64,000 bases of DNA from Micavibrio sp. Lineage in GTDB: Bacteria > Pseudomonadota > Alphaproteobacteria > UBA2400. A model generated the notes under the pieces. That model saw only the letters and a program-made list of their open reading frames with translations, was not told the origin of the DNA and searched no databases. Both the position numbers and the translations under genes were made by a program. Numbering within the stretch: position 1 is the stretch's first letter; each line of letters begins with the position of its first letter. Location of the stretch: positions 4,255 to 68,254 of the forward strand of contig JBEIQE010000004.1 in assembly GCA_040376705.1 (NCBI GenBank). The letters are read 5' to 3'. Below, one piece after another: positions 1 to 11,051 of this stretch.

Positions 1-396
1 CCAGTTGGGCTGACGATGGGCAACTTCAAAACCATGCGCACTATAGAATTTTTCGAGATAATTACCTGCCAGGCAATTAAGATGCAGCGCGCCATACTGC
101 TGCGTCACAAAGGCCATCAGACTTTGGCCATGGCCCTTGGCCAGAGAGAATACATTTACAAGTTCCTGCTCGGGCGAAACGGCAAAGCCAGCCTGCCCGT
201 CATGGCTTATCCAGCAGTCGTAGCCCTCATAACTCGGTTTGACCGAGAGATTATCCTGATAGAACGGACTGATGGTTACAACCTCAGCCACTACAGCATG
301 AAATTCATCTGCGCCAATTCTGTTAAATACAACAGTTGGCGAAGAGCCCGGATGGGACGCTGCTGGACAGGAAATATTACTAAAGATCGCTGACAT
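1..396 (-). CDS. GNAT-family N-acetyltransferase, 3' end (C-terminus) runs off the window start
   Basis: Reverse translation from ATG at 394-396 gives MSAIFSNIS...GQAGFAVSPEQELVNVFSLAKGHGQSLMAFVTQQYGALHLNC...FYSAHGFEV, a GNAT motif A/B pattern. A GGAG sits 7 nt upstream of the ATG. It is absent from the ORF track because there is no stop codon in the window, and the + strand ORF 16..393 is its antisense. Confidence 0.55.
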   Translation of the reverse strand, partial: MSAIFSNISCPAASHPGSSPTVVFNRIGADEFHAVVAEVVTISPFYQDNLSVKPSYEGYDCWISHDGQAGFAVSPEQELVNVFSLAKGHGQSLMAFVTQQYGALHLNCLAGNYLEKFYSAHGFEVAHRQPNW

Positions 397-569
397 AGAA
401 TCGCTCCGTGTTTCGTCTCTGGGACGTCACAGAGCTTTGCAGCCTGTGCTTCTTAGCCTTATTAACGCGGTGCAAGTAGCCCCAAATTCCGCGTGCTTGT
501 TAAGGTAAGCAAAACCATATCTTGATATAGAATATTCTTACCCGAGCCGTCAATAAAATTACTACCCAG

Positions 570-845
570 TTACTGAATGCTCGGCATAGCACCGGGCTTA
601 ACCAACCCTGCCGCGGCTAAGCGGTGCAGCGCAGACGACGTAACGTCAACCGGCAATTTCAGTGCAATAGATAGCTCGCGCGCATCCGTACCCTGCCCGG
701 CCTCAAAGGCCAGATACACATCGTAATCAAGCTGCGGAAGCGTGACTTTACGTACCTGCTCGCCATTAACAATTTGTATGGCATCGGCCGCATGCGCTTC
801 GCTTGGCCGCTGCAACGGCTGGATTTTCCACAAGGTCTTTTTCAT
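570..845 (-). CDS. small winged-helix (HTH) domain protein, hypothetical
   Basis: 91-aa ORF with an HTH-like segment TDARELSIALKLPVDVTSSALHRLAAAGLV. Its start codon overlaps the thiolase stop (842-845), indicating translational coupling at the end of the operon. Confidence 0.45.
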   Translation of the reverse strand: MKKTLWKIQPLQRPSEAHAADAIQIVNGEQVRKVTLPQLDYDVYLAFEAGQGTDARELSIALKLPVDVTSSALHRLAAAGLVKPGAMPSIQ

Positions 846-2011
846 AGCTCTATCGCCAAGGCAGTGGCTTCACCACCGCCAATGCAGAGGCTGGCGATAC
901 CCTTTTTGCCGCCGCGCTGCCGCAAGGCGTTAATAAGCGTTGCTACAATACGTGCGCCCGAGGCACCGATGGGATGACCCAGCGCGCAGGCACCACCATG
1001 CACGTTTACCTTCTCATGCGGCAGGTTATGCTCGCGCATGGCGGCCATGGCGACTACAGCAAAGGCTTCGTTCACTTCATAGAGGTCAACCTCGCCGACA
1101 CTCCAGCCGGTTTTATCAAATGCCTTCTGGATGGCCCCTACAGGCGCCGTCGTAAACCACGCAGGCTTATGCGCATGGCTGGTATGGGCCTTGATGGTGG
1201 CCAGTACCGGGCAGCCAAGCTTTTCGGCCATTGAGCGACGCATGAGCACTACAGCCGCAGCGCCATCTGAAATCGAGCTCGAGTTAGCAGCCGTTACCGT
1301 GCCGCCCTCGCGGAAAGCGGGTTTAAGGGTGGGGATTTTATCCGGCTTGGCGGTGCGGGGACTTTCATCGGTGCTGATCAACACCTCGCCTTTTTTATCC
1401 TTGAGCGTAACCGGCACAATTTCGGCTGCAAAATTAGCCTTCTGCGCACGGCTCAGGGAAGCCAGGGCAAACTCATCCTGCTGCGCGCGAGTAAACTGGT
1501 AATGCTCGGCAGTATCTTCGGCGAAAACACCCATCAGCTTGCCGCGATCATACGCGTCCTCAAGACCATCGAGGAACATATGGTCAATCACTTTGCCATG
1601 GCCCAAGCGGTAGCCGCCACGGGCCTTATCGAGCAGGTACGGCGCATTGCTCATGCTCTCCATACCACCAGCCACAATAACATCGGCTGAGCCTGCCAGC
1701 AGCGCATCATGCGCCAGCATAATGGCCTTCATGCCGCTGCCGCACATCTTGTTCACTGTGGTGCACGGTACACTATCAGGAATACCTGCGCCGATGGAGG
1801 CCTGCCGCGCAGGCGCCTGCCCAAGTCCCGCAGGCAAAACACACCCCATATAGACTTCGCCAATCTGGTCGGGCTTTAGTTTGGCCGCCTCAATCGCAGC
1901 CTTGATGGCATAGCTACCCAACTGCGGGGATGAAAGGCCGCTCAGCTCCCCCTGAAAATTACCCATAGGCGTGCGCAGCGCACTTACAATAACGACTGGA
2001 TCGCTCATCAT
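842..2011 (-). CDS. acetyl-CoA C-acyltransferase (thiolase II family)
   Basis: 389 aa with thiolase hallmarks: VNKMCGSGMKA (active-site Cys), a C-terminal GGACALGHPIGASGAR, and CIGGGEATA. Confidence 0.93.
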   Translation of the reverse strand: MMSDPVVIVSALRTPMGNFQGELSGLSSPQLGSYAIKAAIEAAKLKPDQIGEVYMGCVLPAGLGQAPARQASIGAGIPDSVPCTTVNKMCGSGMKAIMLAHDALLAGSADVIVAGGMESMSNAPYLLDKARGGYRLGHGKVIDHMFLDGLEDAYDRGKLMGVFAEDTAEHYQFTRAQQDEFALASLSRAQKANFAAEIVPVTLKDKKGEVLISTDESPRTAKPDKIPTLKPAFREGGTVTAANSSSISDGAAAVVLMRRSMAEKLGCPVLATIKAHTSHAHKPAWFTTAPVGAIQKAFDKTGWSVGEVDLYEVNEAFAVVAMAAMREHNLPHEKVNVHGGACALGHPIGASGARIVATLINALRQRGGKKGIASLCIGGGEATALAIEL

Positions 2012-2013
2012 GC

Positions 2014-2559
2014 CTATTCCTTCATATAATTACGGAAGAAATTTTGCACCAACTGGCGCGCACGGCGACGCAGCGGTTCTTCAAGGCTATCGCCCTGCCC
2101 TACACCTGTAATCGTCTCATCATAGAACACCAGCTTGCCGCGACGTGGGAAGGCAGCAGGCTCGTTATAGCCAGCCTCCTGATCAATCGCCTTTTCGTAA
2201 TAGCGGCTGGCCTCAACCCGCACTGACATTCCGCGCGGCACGCGACCGGCAGATGTAATCTGAACAAAAATGGTAAAGGCCTTATCATCCTCACCGCCAT
2301 TACTGTTATAAACATCGATACCGCGTCGGCGGGCCTGACTGCGGGTTTCGGTTTCAGCCGCAGTGCAAATGGCGGTCGAAATATAATCACCATCTGTTTC
2401 AGATGCACAAAGAAACTCGATACGACTGAAGTCGGTTGCCTTACCACTAAAGGCCGGCAGGCTAACTGGCGCCTGCGGGTCATTCGGGGATGGGTTGAGC
2501 TGCGCCTGTGCAGGCATGACCGTGAGCAACAGCAGGGCCAGAAGACTAAGCAGTTTCAT
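2014..2559 (-). CDS. secreted/periplasmic hypothetical protein embedded in the acyl-CoA operon
   Basis: N-terminal signal peptide [20 protein letters not shown]. It lies 3 nt after the upstream gene and overlaps the ACAD gene by 14 nt. No recognisable catalytic motif. Confidence 0.55.
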   Translation of the reverse strand: MKLLSLLALLLLTVMPAQAQLNPSPNDPQAPVSLPAFSGKATDFSRIEFLCASETDGDYISTAICTAAETETRSQARRRGIDVYNSNGGEDDKAFTIFVQITSAGRVPRGMSVRVEASRYYEKAIDQEAGYNEPAAFPRRGKLVFYDETITGVGQGDSLEEPLRRRARQLVQNFFRNYMKE

Positions 2560-3715
2560 CGAATAATTCCCTTCCGATTAGCATGCGCCTGATTTCAGAG
2601 GTCCCGGCACCGATTTCATACAGCTTGGCATCGCGCAGTAAGCGGCCTGTGGGATACTCATTAATATAACCGTTGCCACCCAGTGTTTGAATGGCCTGCA
2701 GTGCCATTTGCGTGGCATTTTCTGCGGCATAAAGTATCGCGCCTGCAGCGTCTTTGCGCGTGACCTGCCCGCGATCACACGCCTGCCCAACGGCATAAAC
2801 ATAAGCGCGGCTGGCCGAAAGCTGCACATACATATCAGCCAGTTTGCCCTGCATGAGCTGGAACTCGCCTATTGCCTGCCCAAACTGCTTACGCTCGTGC
2901 ACATAGGGCACCACAATGTCCATACACGCCTGCATAATACCTAACGGGCCCGCCGCCAGCACAGCGCGCTCATAATCAAGCCCGCTCATGAGCACGCGCA
3001 CACCCTTACCGATAGTACCCAGCACGTTCTCTTCGGGCACTTCGCAATTATCGAACACCAGCTCGCCAGTGTCTGACCCGCGCATGCCAAGCTTATCGAG
3101 CTTCTGCGCACAATAAAAACCCTTGTACCCCTTCTCGACGATAAAGGCGGTAATGCCTTTGCTGCCCGCTGCAGGGTCGGTTTTGGCATAAACCACCACC
3201 ACATCGGCCTCAGGCGCATTGGTAATCCAGAACTTGGTACCGTTTAGCACATAACGGTCGCCCTTTTTCTCGGCCTTCAGGCGCATCGAGACAACATCCG
3301 AGCCTGCACCAGCTTCGGACATGGCCAAGGCGCCCAGATGTGTGCCGTCTACCAGCTTGGGCAGATACTTTTTCTTCTGCTCATCATTACCATTGAGCTT
3401 GAGCTGATTGACGCACAGATTTGAGTGCGCACCATAGCTAAGGCCAACTGAGGCAGATGCGCGGCTGATTTCCTCCATCGCAATAATATGCGCCAGATAG
3501 CCCATACCTGCGCCGCCATATTCCTCCGGCACGGTAATACCCAGTACACCGAGTTGCCCCAGCTTGGGCCACAGGTCGGACGGGAACTTATTGGTATGGT
3601 CAATTTCGACAGCGCGCGGCGCTATCTCGCTGGCAGCGAAGCGGCGAACGCTCTCGCGCAACTGGGCAATATCCTCGCCCAAATCAAACGGCAAACCTAC
3701 GTACTCATTCTGCAT
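2546..3715 (-). CDS. acyl-CoA dehydrogenase, isovaleryl-CoA dehydrogenase-like
   Basis: 389 aa with ACAD motifs ([44 protein letters not shown]-terminal [20 protein letters not shown]). It resembles IVD, consistent with leucine/branched-chain catabolism together with the downstream thiolase. Confidence 0.88.
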   Translation of the reverse strand: MQNEYVGLPFDLGEDIAQLRESVRRFAASEIAPRAVEIDHTNKFPSDLWPKLGQLGVLGITVPEEYGGAGMGYLAHIIAMEEISRASASVGLSYGAHSNLCVNQLKLNGNDEQKKKYLPKLVDGTHLGALAMSEAGAGSDVVSMRLKAEKKGDRYVLNGTKFWITNAPEADVVVVYAKTDPAAGSKGITAFIVEKGYKGFYCAQKLDKLGMRGSDTGELVFDNCEVPEENVLGTIGKGVRVLMSGLDYERAVLAAGPLGIMQACMDIVVPYVHERKQFGQAIGEFQLMQGKLADMYVQLSASRAYVYAVGQACDRGQVTRKDAAGAILYAAENATQMALQAIQTLGGNGYINEYPTGRLLRDAKLYEIGAGTSEIRRMLIGRELFDETA

Positions 3716-3742
3716 GATTTAAACTCCCCGATGGGGAGAATA

Positions 3743-5134
3743 TCAGAACAGTACCAGCGTGGCGAGGCCGAGAAATCCGACGAATCCAACTACATCCGTT
3801 ACGGTGGTCAGGAAAACCGCACTGGCGACGGCGGGGTCGATACCAAAGCGGCGCAGGACAATCGGAATCATTGCGCCCGAGAAACCAGCCGCCAACAGAT
3901 TGAGAATCATGGCTGAGCCGATAACAAAACCAAGAGGTACACTACCGAACCAGAAGAAGGCGACAAACCCCATGATCAGAGCAAAGGCCATGCCGTTGAT
4001 AAAACCAATACGGCTTTCGCGCAGAATGATACGCCAGTAATTACTCGGCACCAGCTCCTGTGTTGCCAGTGCGCGCACAGCCACAGTCAGCGTCTGCGTA
4101 CCCGCGTTACCACCCATTGAGGCAACAATCGGCATCAACACTGCAAGAGCGACAACCTGCTGCAACGAGGCCTCGAACATACCAATCGCGAGTGAGGCCA
4201 AAACTGCAGTGAGCAGGTTGACGAACAGCCACGAGAAACGCGAGCGCGTAACCTGCATAACATCGTCATGAATACTTTCTTCGGCAGCAATACCGCCCAT
4301 GGCGCGGATGTCCTCATCGACCTCCTGCTCCATCACCTCAACCGCGTCATCGATGGTGATAACACCCAGCAGCCTGTCCTCGGCATCGACAACCGGGGCC
4401 GACTGCATACGGTAGCGCTTGAAGAGATGCGCAATTTCTTCGCGATCCATGGTGACCGGAATATGCCGCGTTTCTTCATGCATAATATCGCGGATTTTGA
4501 CGCCGCGGCTGGCGCGCAGCAGCTCATACAATGGCACAGTACCCGCAACCTTGCGCCAGGGATCGACCACTATGACGTCGTGGAATTCAAGCGGCAGTTC
4601 ATCCGCCTGCTCTTGTACCCAATCGAGTGTTTTACCAATCGTCCAGTCTTCAGGCACGGCAACAACTTCGCGCTGCATCAGGCGGCCGGCTGACTCTTCA
4701 GGGTAAGTAAGCGCGTTTTCTACCTGTTCACGTTCTTCGGTTGGCAGATTGGCGATAACTGCCGCACGCTGCTCATCATCGAGATCTTCAACGAAGTCGA
4801 CCGCGTCGTCTGAATCAAGATCAGCCACAGCGGCAGCAATCTCGCGCGGGCCAAGACGCTCGAGCACTTCATCGCGAATTTCTGAAGCAAGCTGGGAAAG
4901 TGTTTCAGCATCTATCTGCTCCTTGAGCAGGCCGATCATGATCTGGCGGTCGTCATAGCTGCTCAGCTCGAGCAGGCCTGCGAGATCAACCGGCGGCAGA
5001 TTTCCGGCCAGATCAATGATCTTGGCAACTTCGCCTTTAGCCAGCCACTCATGTACTTGAAGAACAGTAGTTGCAGAGACGACAGGAAGCATCTCTGAAT
5101 TCTGGGGGGGCTGGTTCTCTGTAAAATCGGCCAT
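3743..5134 (-). CDS. mgtE: magnesium transporter MgtE
   Basis: 463 aa with an acidic N-terminal domain, a tandem CBS region and a C-terminal five-TM MgtE channel domain (PIVASMGGNAGTQTLTV...). Confidence 0.88.
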   Translation of the reverse strand: MADFTENQPPQNSEMLPVVSATTVLQVHEWLAKGEVAKIIDLAGNLPPVDLAGLLELSSYDDRQIMIGLLKEQIDAETLSQLASEIRDEVLERLGPREIAAAVADLDSDDAVDFVEDLDDEQRAAVIANLPTEEREQVENALTYPEESAGRLMQREVVAVPEDWTIGKTLDWVQEQADELPLEFHDVIVVDPWRKVAGTVPLYELLRASRGVKIRDIMHEETRHIPVTMDREEIAHLFKRYRMQSAPVVDAEDRLLGVITIDDAVEVMEQEVDEDIRAMGGIAAEESIHDDVMQVTRSRFSWLFVNLLTAVLASLAIGMFEASLQQVVALAVLMPIVASMGGNAGTQTLTVAVRALATQELVPSNYWRIILRESRIGFINGMAFALIMGFVAFFWFGSVPLGFVIGSAMILNLLAAGFSGAMIPIVLRRFGIDPAVASAVFLTTVTDVVGFVGFLGLATLVLF

Positions 5135-5184
5135 GCCCGGCCCCCTATCAACAAACTTGCGAGATTACATAGTAACGGGTTAAA

Positions 5185-5271
5185 TGGTGCGGTCGAGAAG
5201 ACTCGAACTTCCAAGGGTTGCCCCACAGCGACCTCAACGCTGCGCGTCTACCAATTTCGCCACGACCGCAC
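5185..5271 (-). tRNA. tRNA-Leu (anticodon GAG)
   Basis: The reverse complement GTGCGGTCGTGGCGAAATTGGTAGACGCGCAGCGTTGAGGTCGCTGTGGGGCAACCCTTGGAAGTTCGAGTCTTCTCGACCGCACCA folds as a class II tRNA (long variable arm, 87 nt, encoded CCA). The anticodon loop TTGAGGT gives anticodon GAG. Confidence 0.85.
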
Positions 5272-5297
5272 ACAGGTAGGCCGCCGAGATAGCAAAT

Positions 5298-5948
5298 ATG
5301 ACAGTATCAGGCAAGCAAAACCCTCTCCCCGAGCCAGAATGGCTCATTTCTTCGGCTCCTGTGCCTTATCCTGAGGCAATTGAGGCCATGGAAAGCCGTC
5401 TTTTGGCGATTCAGCAGGGTAAGGCCGCCGAACTGGTGTGGTTGCTCGAGCACCCCCCGCTTTACACCGCCGGTACCAGCGCAGTGGCGGCCGACCTGTT
5501 GGCCCCCCAGTTTCCGGTCTATGAGACCGGTCGTGGCGGGCAATACACCTATCATGGTCCCGGCCAGCGGATTGCCTATGTACTGCTCGACCTGAACCAG
5601 CGCGGGCGCGATGTGCGCTGCTATGTGCATAACCTTGAGGAATGGGTCATCCGCGCCCTGCAGCGCCTCGACGTGCAGGCCGTGCGGCGCGAGGGCCGCG
5701 TAGGCCTGTGGGTGCCGCGCACCGCAACTGAGGATGACAAGATTGCCGCTATCGGTGTGCGCATCAAGCGCTGGGTCACCATGCATGGTGTGGCAATTAA
5801 CGTCAGCCCTGACCTCTCACACTACGCCGGCATCGTACCCTGCGGCATTAAAGAGCACGGCATTACATCGCTCAAGGTGCTGGGCAAAGACAGCACCCTG
5901 CAAATCATGGACACGGCACTTAAAGCTGCATGGGATGAAGTGTTTTAA
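5298..5948 (+). CDS. lipB: lipoyl(octanoyl) transferase LipB
   Basis: 216 aa with LipB motifs: [24 protein letters not shown], and the AIGVRIKRW catalytic lysine region. Confidence 0.9.
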   Translation: MTVSGKQNPLPEPEWLISSAPVPYPEAIEAMESRLLAIQQGKAAELVWLLEHPPLYTAGTSAVAADLLAPQFPVYETGRGGQYTYHGPGQRIAYVLLDLNQRGRDVRCYVHNLEEWVIRALQRLDVQAVRREGRVGLWVPRTATEDDKIAAIGVRIKRWVTMHGVAINVSPDLSHYAGIVPCGIKEHGITSLKVLGKDSTLQIMDTALKAAWDEVF

Positions 5949-6628
5949 GCAGGCTTGAGCAGCGGCAAATTTTTAGCAACCGAGAAGCGCATGGTATCGG
6001 CGTACTCTCCATCACCACGTGGCTCTGGCATAAAGCCATGATTAGCCACAACACGCTGCATCATGCGCTCGCCCGAGGGCGAGAATGAACCGAGATAGTG
6101 CACCTCGTTACGGCCAAGCTCAGCTGCCCAAGCCAGCGCTGCAAACTGCACGATTGGGCCTAAGCGCCCGCGCAACGGATGCTCATAAAAAGGTGGCCCA
6201 ACGACAACACCTACGGCCATCACACCCTTATCATCGTGCCGTTCACGCACGGTTGTTAGCGCCAACCCGCACAACTGGCCATCACCCCATACTGCCAGCT
6301 CAAACCGGTGCGGTGCCCAGCTATAGGGCATTTCGTCGAGCACAGGCTTGCCCGCTAGTTGCCGGTAAGTGACAAAATTCTCGAATATCTCTGCGCGATA
6401 GCGCTGCGGGTCGGAGAGGTTATCCTCATCAATAAGCGGCATCCACTGCTGTTCCATGGCGGCATGCACCGCAGGCGTCAGGCCTGTGAGCTGCACATGG
6501 CCCTTAATATCGGGCAACTTGGCTTCAATAGATTGAAGAGCGACCGTATAGGCATGCCGACGCAAATTACGGAAGTAACGGTTTTGTACATTGTGATTAA
6601 AGGCAGTAAAGGCGCGCTGCGGCACCAT
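5945..6628 (-). CDS. hypothetical protein, possibly a GNAT-fold acyltransferase
   Basis: 227 aa. The C-terminal half ([31 protein letters not shown]) is reminiscent of an acyl-CoA N-acyltransferase fold. It is 3 nt from the next gene (6631), indicating an operon. Confidence 0.4.
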   Translation of the reverse strand: MVPQRAFTAFNHNVQNRYFRNLRRHAYTVALQSIEAKLPDIKGHVQLTGLTPAVHAAMEQQWMPLIDEDNLSDPQRYRAEIFENFVTYRQLAGKPVLDEMPYSWAPHRFELAVWGDGQLCGLALTTVRERHDDKGVMAVGVVVGPPFYEHPLRGRLGPIVQFAALAWAAELGRNEVHYLGSFSPSGERMMQRVVANHGFMPEPRGDGEYADTMRFSVAKNLPLLKPA

Positions 6629-6630
6629 GC

Positions 6631-7050
6631 TTAAAGGCCGCTGGCAATGGTCGAGACATAGCCCGAAATATCGCGCAGCAGCATCTGGTAGTTGCTCTTG
6701 TCGATAATCCAGCGGCGGCCAATTCCGGTAGAGGCACCAAAACTATCCAATGGCGGCAGGTAATCGAGTACCGCAATCACATCACTGCGGCCACTTACGG
6801 GATGGAATGATTCACGCAAAAACTCAGTCAGCGCCATAAGGGTATTTTTTACCTGCACCGGCTCAACCACGAAAGCAATCGGACGTGCGGCAGTTGCGCG
6901 GCCAATGCGTGAAACAACGAGTGTTAGAAGGGCTTCGTCTGCACATTCCTCAGGGATACCGAGGTCGTGGCGCATTTCCTCATGCCAGGAAATCTGCGGC
7001 ACATCGCCAAGCAGCTTGCTGATCATTTCGGGAAACACTGAATCTGTCAT
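6631..7050 (-). CDS. hypothetical protein
   Basis: 139-aa ORF co-directional and near-contiguous with 5945..6628, with no recognisable motif. Confidence 0.4.
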   Translation of the reverse strand: MTDSVFPEMISKLLGDVPQISWHEEMRHDLGIPEECADEALLTLVVSRIGRATAARPIAFVVEPVQVKNTLMALTEFLRESFHPVSGRSDVIAVLDYLPPLDSFGASTGIGRRWIIDKSNYQMLLRDISGYVSTIASGL

Positions 7051-7128
7051 AGAGAGACCCTAGCAAACCGTATACAGCAACCTCAAAGCCTATTTATAGC
7101 TAACGAGAAAAAAGCTGCAGAATTAACC

Positions 7129-7350
7129 TTACTTGTGGCGGAACTTGATACGGCCCTTGGTTAAATCATACGGGGTCATCTCAACAGTAACCTTATCGCC
7201 CACCAACACGCGAATGCGGTTGCGGCGCATGTTTCCCGACGTATGGGCAAGAATAATATGGCCATTCGTTTCCAGCTCCACGCGGAAGGTTGCGTTGGGC
7301 AACAACTCCCGAACGGTACCTGAGAACTCGATCAATTCTTCTTTTGCCAT
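7129..7350 (-). CDS. infA: translation initiation factor IF-1
   Basis: [66 protein letters not shown] is near-identical in pattern to bacterial IF-1 (S1-like fold). The start was taken at the internal MAKEE rather than the track's upstream ATG. Confidence 0.92.
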   Translation of the reverse strand: MAKEELIEFSGTVRELLPNATFRVELETNGHIILAHTSGNMRRNRIRVLVGDKVTVEMTPYDLTKGRIKFRHK

Positions 7351-7447
7351 GCGACTCGGTAACTCCATATAAACAGCGGCGTATTGGTGCCCCGCCAGCT
7401 AGGCAACGTCAAGCTAATAATACACATTTTTGCTATAATTCAGTAAC

Positions 7448-7927
7448 TTAGCGGGCAAACTCCCGCAAATTGAGCACACAAATCAGGGTAAACAGCCGCC
7501 GCGCGGTCTCGGCGTCCACTTCTATATAGTCGGCCAGCCGCTCGCGCACCAGTTCGGCCCCGTCATTATGGAGGCCGCGACGGCCCATATCGATGGTCTC
7601 GAGTCCGCTTAAATGGTGCTGCTTCTGCGCACTGAAATAGGCCTCACAGACGGCAAAATACTCTTTAATCAAGCCGCGGAACGGGCTGAGCGGCAGGCGC
7701 ATATCCTCCAGCTGCTCGCCATCAATCCCGTGGATATCCAACTGCAGGCGGCCATCAATAACCGAGAGGCGCAGGTGGTATGGCCCGGCATTGGGCGCTG
7801 ACTTAACGATAAAGCTGTTTTCTTCCAGCAGGTCGCTGATGGCAGTCATCCGCTCGCGCCGGATATCCTCATTCCATTGGATATTCTGCACTTCATCGAG
7901 TTCGACTGTAACCAGCGACTGCTTCAT
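7448..7927 (-). CDS. UPF0262 family protein
   Basis: 159 aa with the alphaproteobacterial UPF0262 signature (…[15 protein letters not shown]…). It overlaps the murA stop by 4 nt, as in the usual murA-adjacent location. Confidence 0.65.
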   Translation of the reverse strand: MKQSLVTVELDEVQNIQWNEDIRRERMTAISDLLEENSFIVKSAPNAGPYHLRLSVIDGRLQLDIHGIDGEQLEDMRLPLSPFRGLIKEYFAVCEAYFSAQKQHHLSGLETIDMGRRGLHNDGAELVRERLADYIEVDAETARRLFTLICVLNLREFAR

Positions 7928-9192
7928 GCCGCCTCAGCGGTCTTGAAACGCTCGATCTGTGCGCCGCAAGCGGCCAGCTTCTGCTCGAGCTTCTCGTAGC
8001 CACGGTCGAGATGGTAAATACGGCTCACGGTGGTTTCGCCCTCGGCTACCAAGCCAGCCATAACCAGCGAGACTGAGGCGCGCAGGTCAGTCGCCATCAC
8101 CTCGGCACCTTTAAGCTTAGGCACGCCACGTACGAGTGCAGATGTACCATGCACTGTAATATTAGCGCCCATACGCACCAGCTCGGGTACATGCATGAAG
8201 CGGTTTTCAAAGATGGTTTCGGTCACCATCGACGCGCCTTCGGCTACCGTCATAAGTGCCATGAACTGTGCCTGCATGTCGGTAGCAAAGCCGGGGAACG
8301 GCTCGGTCATGGCGTCCGTACCCATCAGCTTGCCGGGACGGCTTACGCGCACGCCCTTCTCGGTCTGCTCCATCTTCACGCCGGCATGCTGCAGCACACT
8401 CTGTGCGGCAGCAAAATGCGCCGCACGCGCGCCGAGCAACTCAACATCGCCGCCGGTAATGGCTGCTGCCATGGCGTAGGTGGCGGCTTCAATACGATCA
8501 GGGATGATGTCATGTACAGCCGCGTTCAGGCTGCCAACACCGGTAATGCGCAGCGTATCGCTACCCACGCCTTCAATCTTGGCACCCATCTTGATCAGGC
8601 ACTCGGCCAGATCAGTCACCTCAGGCTCGCGGGCCGCGTTAACCAGCTCGGTATCACCCTTGGCCAGTGTGGCTGCCATCATCAGGCTTTCGGTGGCACC
8701 AACCGAAACAAACGGGAATACATAACGGGTACCAATCAGGCCCTTGGGCGCACGCGCCTTGATATAGCCATTCTCAAGTTCAATCGCCGCGCCCATGGCG
8801 GTGAGGCCCGAGATATACTGATCAACCGGGCGGCTACCAATTGCACAGCCACCGGGCAGAGAGACATCGGCCTCGCCCATACGCGCTAAAAGCGGTGCGA
8901 GCACAAAAATAGATGCACGCATTTTGCGCACAATCTCATACGGCGCGACAGTGCTGGTAAAATTAGCGGCTGTGAGCTTGATCATATTGCCGTCATCAGT
9001 CGCCTCTACGCCCAGCTGCTCAAGCAGGCCGACCATCGAGAGAATATCGGATACGCGCGGCAGATTGCCTAGCGACAGGCCACCCTTGGTAAGCAGCGCA
9101 GCCGGCATAAGTGCCAGAGCAGCATTCTTGGCACCGCCGATAGCGATTTGGCCACGTAGCGGGTTACCGCCAGTTACACGGATCTTGTCCAT
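7924..9192 (-). CDS. murA: UDP-N-acetylglucosamine 1-carboxyvinyltransferase
   Basis: 422 aa beginning [33 protein letters not shown], with the Cys-loop [14 protein letters not shown]. Confidence 0.95.
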   Translation of the reverse strand: MDKIRVTGGNPLRGQIAIGGAKNAALALMPAALLTKGGLSLGNLPRVSDILSMVGLLEQLGVEATDDGNMIKLTAANFTSTVAPYEIVRKMRASIFVLAPLLARMGEADVSLPGGCAIGSRPVDQYISGLTAMGAAIELENGYIKARAPKGLIGTRYVFPFVSVGATESLMMAATLAKGDTELVNAAREPEVTDLAECLIKMGAKIEGVGSDTLRITGVGSLNAAVHDIIPDRIEAATYAMAAAITGGDVELLGARAAHFAAAQSVLQHAGVKMEQTEKGVRVSRPGKLMGTDAMTEPFPGFATDMQAQFMALMTVAEGASMVTETIFENRFMHVPELVRMGANITVHGTSALVRGVPKLKGAEVMATDLRASVSLVMAGLVAEGETTVSRIYHLDRGYEKLEQKLAACGAQIERFKTAEAA

Positions 9193-9770
9193 TAAACGAT
9201 AACCTCTTCCTTAGCGAGAATACGTGGCAGGGTTACACCGCGCTGGCCCATGTACTTGCCGCCACGGTCCTTGTACGAAACTTCGCACTCGCTATCGCCC
9301 TTGAAGAACAGGAACTGGCACAGGCCTTCGTTCGCATAAACCTTGGCGGGCAGCGGTGTGGTATTCGAAATTTCAAGCGTTACATGCCCCTCCCACTCAG
9401 GCTCGAGCGGGGTAACGTTCACAATCAGGCCGCAACGGGCATAGGTGCTCTTGCCAAGGCAAACAACCAGCGTATCGCGCGGAATGCGGAAGTACTCAAC
9501 CGTACGCGCCAGTGCAAAGCTGTTGGGCGGAATGATGCAGATGTCGGTATTGCGCTCAACGAAGCTCTTGGCCTCGAAGTTCTTGGGATCGATCATCGCG
9601 CTATCGACATTGGTGAAGATGCGGAACTCGGGAGCAACGCGCGCGTCGTACCCGTAAGACGACAGACCATAAGAGATCATGCCGTTGCCGCGCTGGCTTT
9701 CAACGAATGGCTCGATCATGCCCTTGGTGGTCGATTGTTCGCGGATCCAGTGGTCGGGCATAATGGGCAT
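9192..9770 (-). CDS. dcd: dCTP deaminase
   Basis: 192 aa from the dUTPase-like fold family with a Dcd-type N-terminus ([12 protein letters not shown]). Its stop overlaps the murA start by 1 nt. Confidence 0.88.
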   Translation of the reverse strand: MPIMPDHWIREQSTTKGMIEPFVESQRGNGMISYGLSSYGYDARVAPEFRIFTNVDSAMIDPKNFEAKSFVERNTDICIIPPNSFALARTVEYFRIPRDTLVVCLGKSTYARCGLIVNVTPLEPEWEGHVTLEISNTTPLPAKVYANEGLCQFLFFKGDSECEVSYKDRGGKYMGQRGVTLPRILAKEEVIV

Positions 9771-9884
9771 GAAAGTCTCCTAGAGAAAATAGTGCTGGTT
9801 TGTAGCGCGCAGACACGGCTTTCTCAACTGCGACTCGGCGTCAGGGCGTGACCTAAAGTGTTAAAACTGCTAAGTGCTTAATCC

Positions 9885-11051
9885 ATGAGCCTGCGCGCCA
9901 AAATAGCCAATGAACTCAATAGCCCAGAGATGCTGAAATTCCTCGGGCAGATGATGCTGGCACTCGGGATAGCCGTAATTGCCCTGCGCCCGCTGATTTT
10001 TGCCGGGACCCCCTATCTGTGGGGTGGCGATTACAACACCTTTTGGGCGGCCAGCTGGCTGGCCCAGCACGACGGCCTGACGCAGCTTTACGGCACCAAA
10101 ATGCTGGAAAACATCCCTACCCTGACTGCGCCCGCTCCGCCCTGGTTCTACCCGCCGCCTATGCTGCTGCTGGTCTACCCTGCAGCTTGGCTGCCGTTCA
10201 TCTACTCTTATGCAGTCTTTGTGGGCCTCAGCCTTTTGGCAGCGATTGCAATCTGGAAATGCTGGAAGCTTGAGCGCCTTTACCTGCTGCTCTTGCTCGC
10301 GGCACCGGTTACACTTCTAAACATCCTCTATGGGCAAAACGGGCTGATAACCGGCGCGCTGTGGATAGGCGGGTTGCTGCTACTGCCGAAAAAACCCTTC
10401 ATCGCGGGATGTGTGCTCGGGCTGCTGGTTATCAAACCGCAGCTGATTGTGCTGGCCCCACTGCTGCTCTTGGTTAGCCGCAACTGGAGCGCGCTGGCAG
10501 GATTTGTGTTCAGCGCCACGCTGCTGATGAATATCAGCTGGTTTACTTTCGGGCCTGAGGTATGGCTCCATTTCGTCAGCAACGCCTCAGGCGTAACAGC
10601 GCTTATGCAAACCGGTAGTGTTATTGACGTCACCAAAATCGGTTCGCTCTACATGGCTGCGCGTATGGCAGGCGATAGCCATATCGAGGCACTAATCGGG
10701 CATAGTCTGTTTGCCCTGCTGGCGATTATCATCTGCTGCCACCTGTGGTCTAAGCGTGATGTAGCTTTTGGTCTTAAGGCAGCTGCCGCACTGGTGACTG
10801 TACTGCTGATTACGCCCTACCAGTTCATTTACGACCTGACCCTGCTGTTGGGTGCAATAGTGTTCTGGTATCAGACAACCGGCCATAAATGGCGTGGGCT
10901 GGATCGTTTTTGTGTATGGCTGCTGTGGCTAAGCCCGCTGCTGGCGCAAGGTATGGCCAGCACCATCGGCATTGGCTGCCTGCCCGCCATACTCATGCTC
11001 GCGCTCTGGCAGATTGCTGCTAGCCAAGATACTGGAACAAAGCCAGCATAA
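9885..11051 (+). CDS. polytopic membrane protein, DUF2029/GT-C-like glycosyltransferase family
   Basis: 388 aa with more than 9 predicted TM helices; the GT87/DUF2029-like assignment is from the overall pattern only. Its 3' end overlaps uppP convergently by about 30 nt. Confidence 0.55.
   Translation: MSLRAKIANELNSPEMLKFLGQMMLALGIAVIALRPLIFAGTPYLWGGDYNTFWAASWLAQHDGLTQLYGTKMLENIPTLTAPAPPWFYPPPMLLLVYPAAWLPFIYSYAVFVGLSLLAAIAIWKCWKLERLYLLLLLAAPVTLLNILYGQNGLITGALWIGGLLLLPKKPFIAGCVLGLLVIKPQLIVLAPLLLLVSRNWSALAGFVFSATLLMNISWFTFGPEVWLHFVSNASGVTALMQTGSVIDVTKIGSLYMAARMAGDSHIEALIGHSLFALLAIIICCHLWSKRDVAFGLKAAAALVTVLLITPYQFIYDLTLLLGAIVFWYQTTGHKWRGLDRFCVWLLWLSPLLAQGMASTIGIGCLPAILMLALWQIAASQDTGTKPA

Noticed and set aside
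16-393. + strand 125-aa ORF in the ORF track
   Set aside because: It is antisense to a much better GNAT acetyltransferase reading frame on the minus strand (1..396) and its product looks non-protein-like.
5135-5300. Possible M-box riboswitch upstream of mgtE, or an integrated element at tRNA-Leu
   Set aside because: Only ~50 nt separate the mgtE start from the tRNA, too short for an M-box. No integrase, direct repeats or composition shift flank the tRNA.
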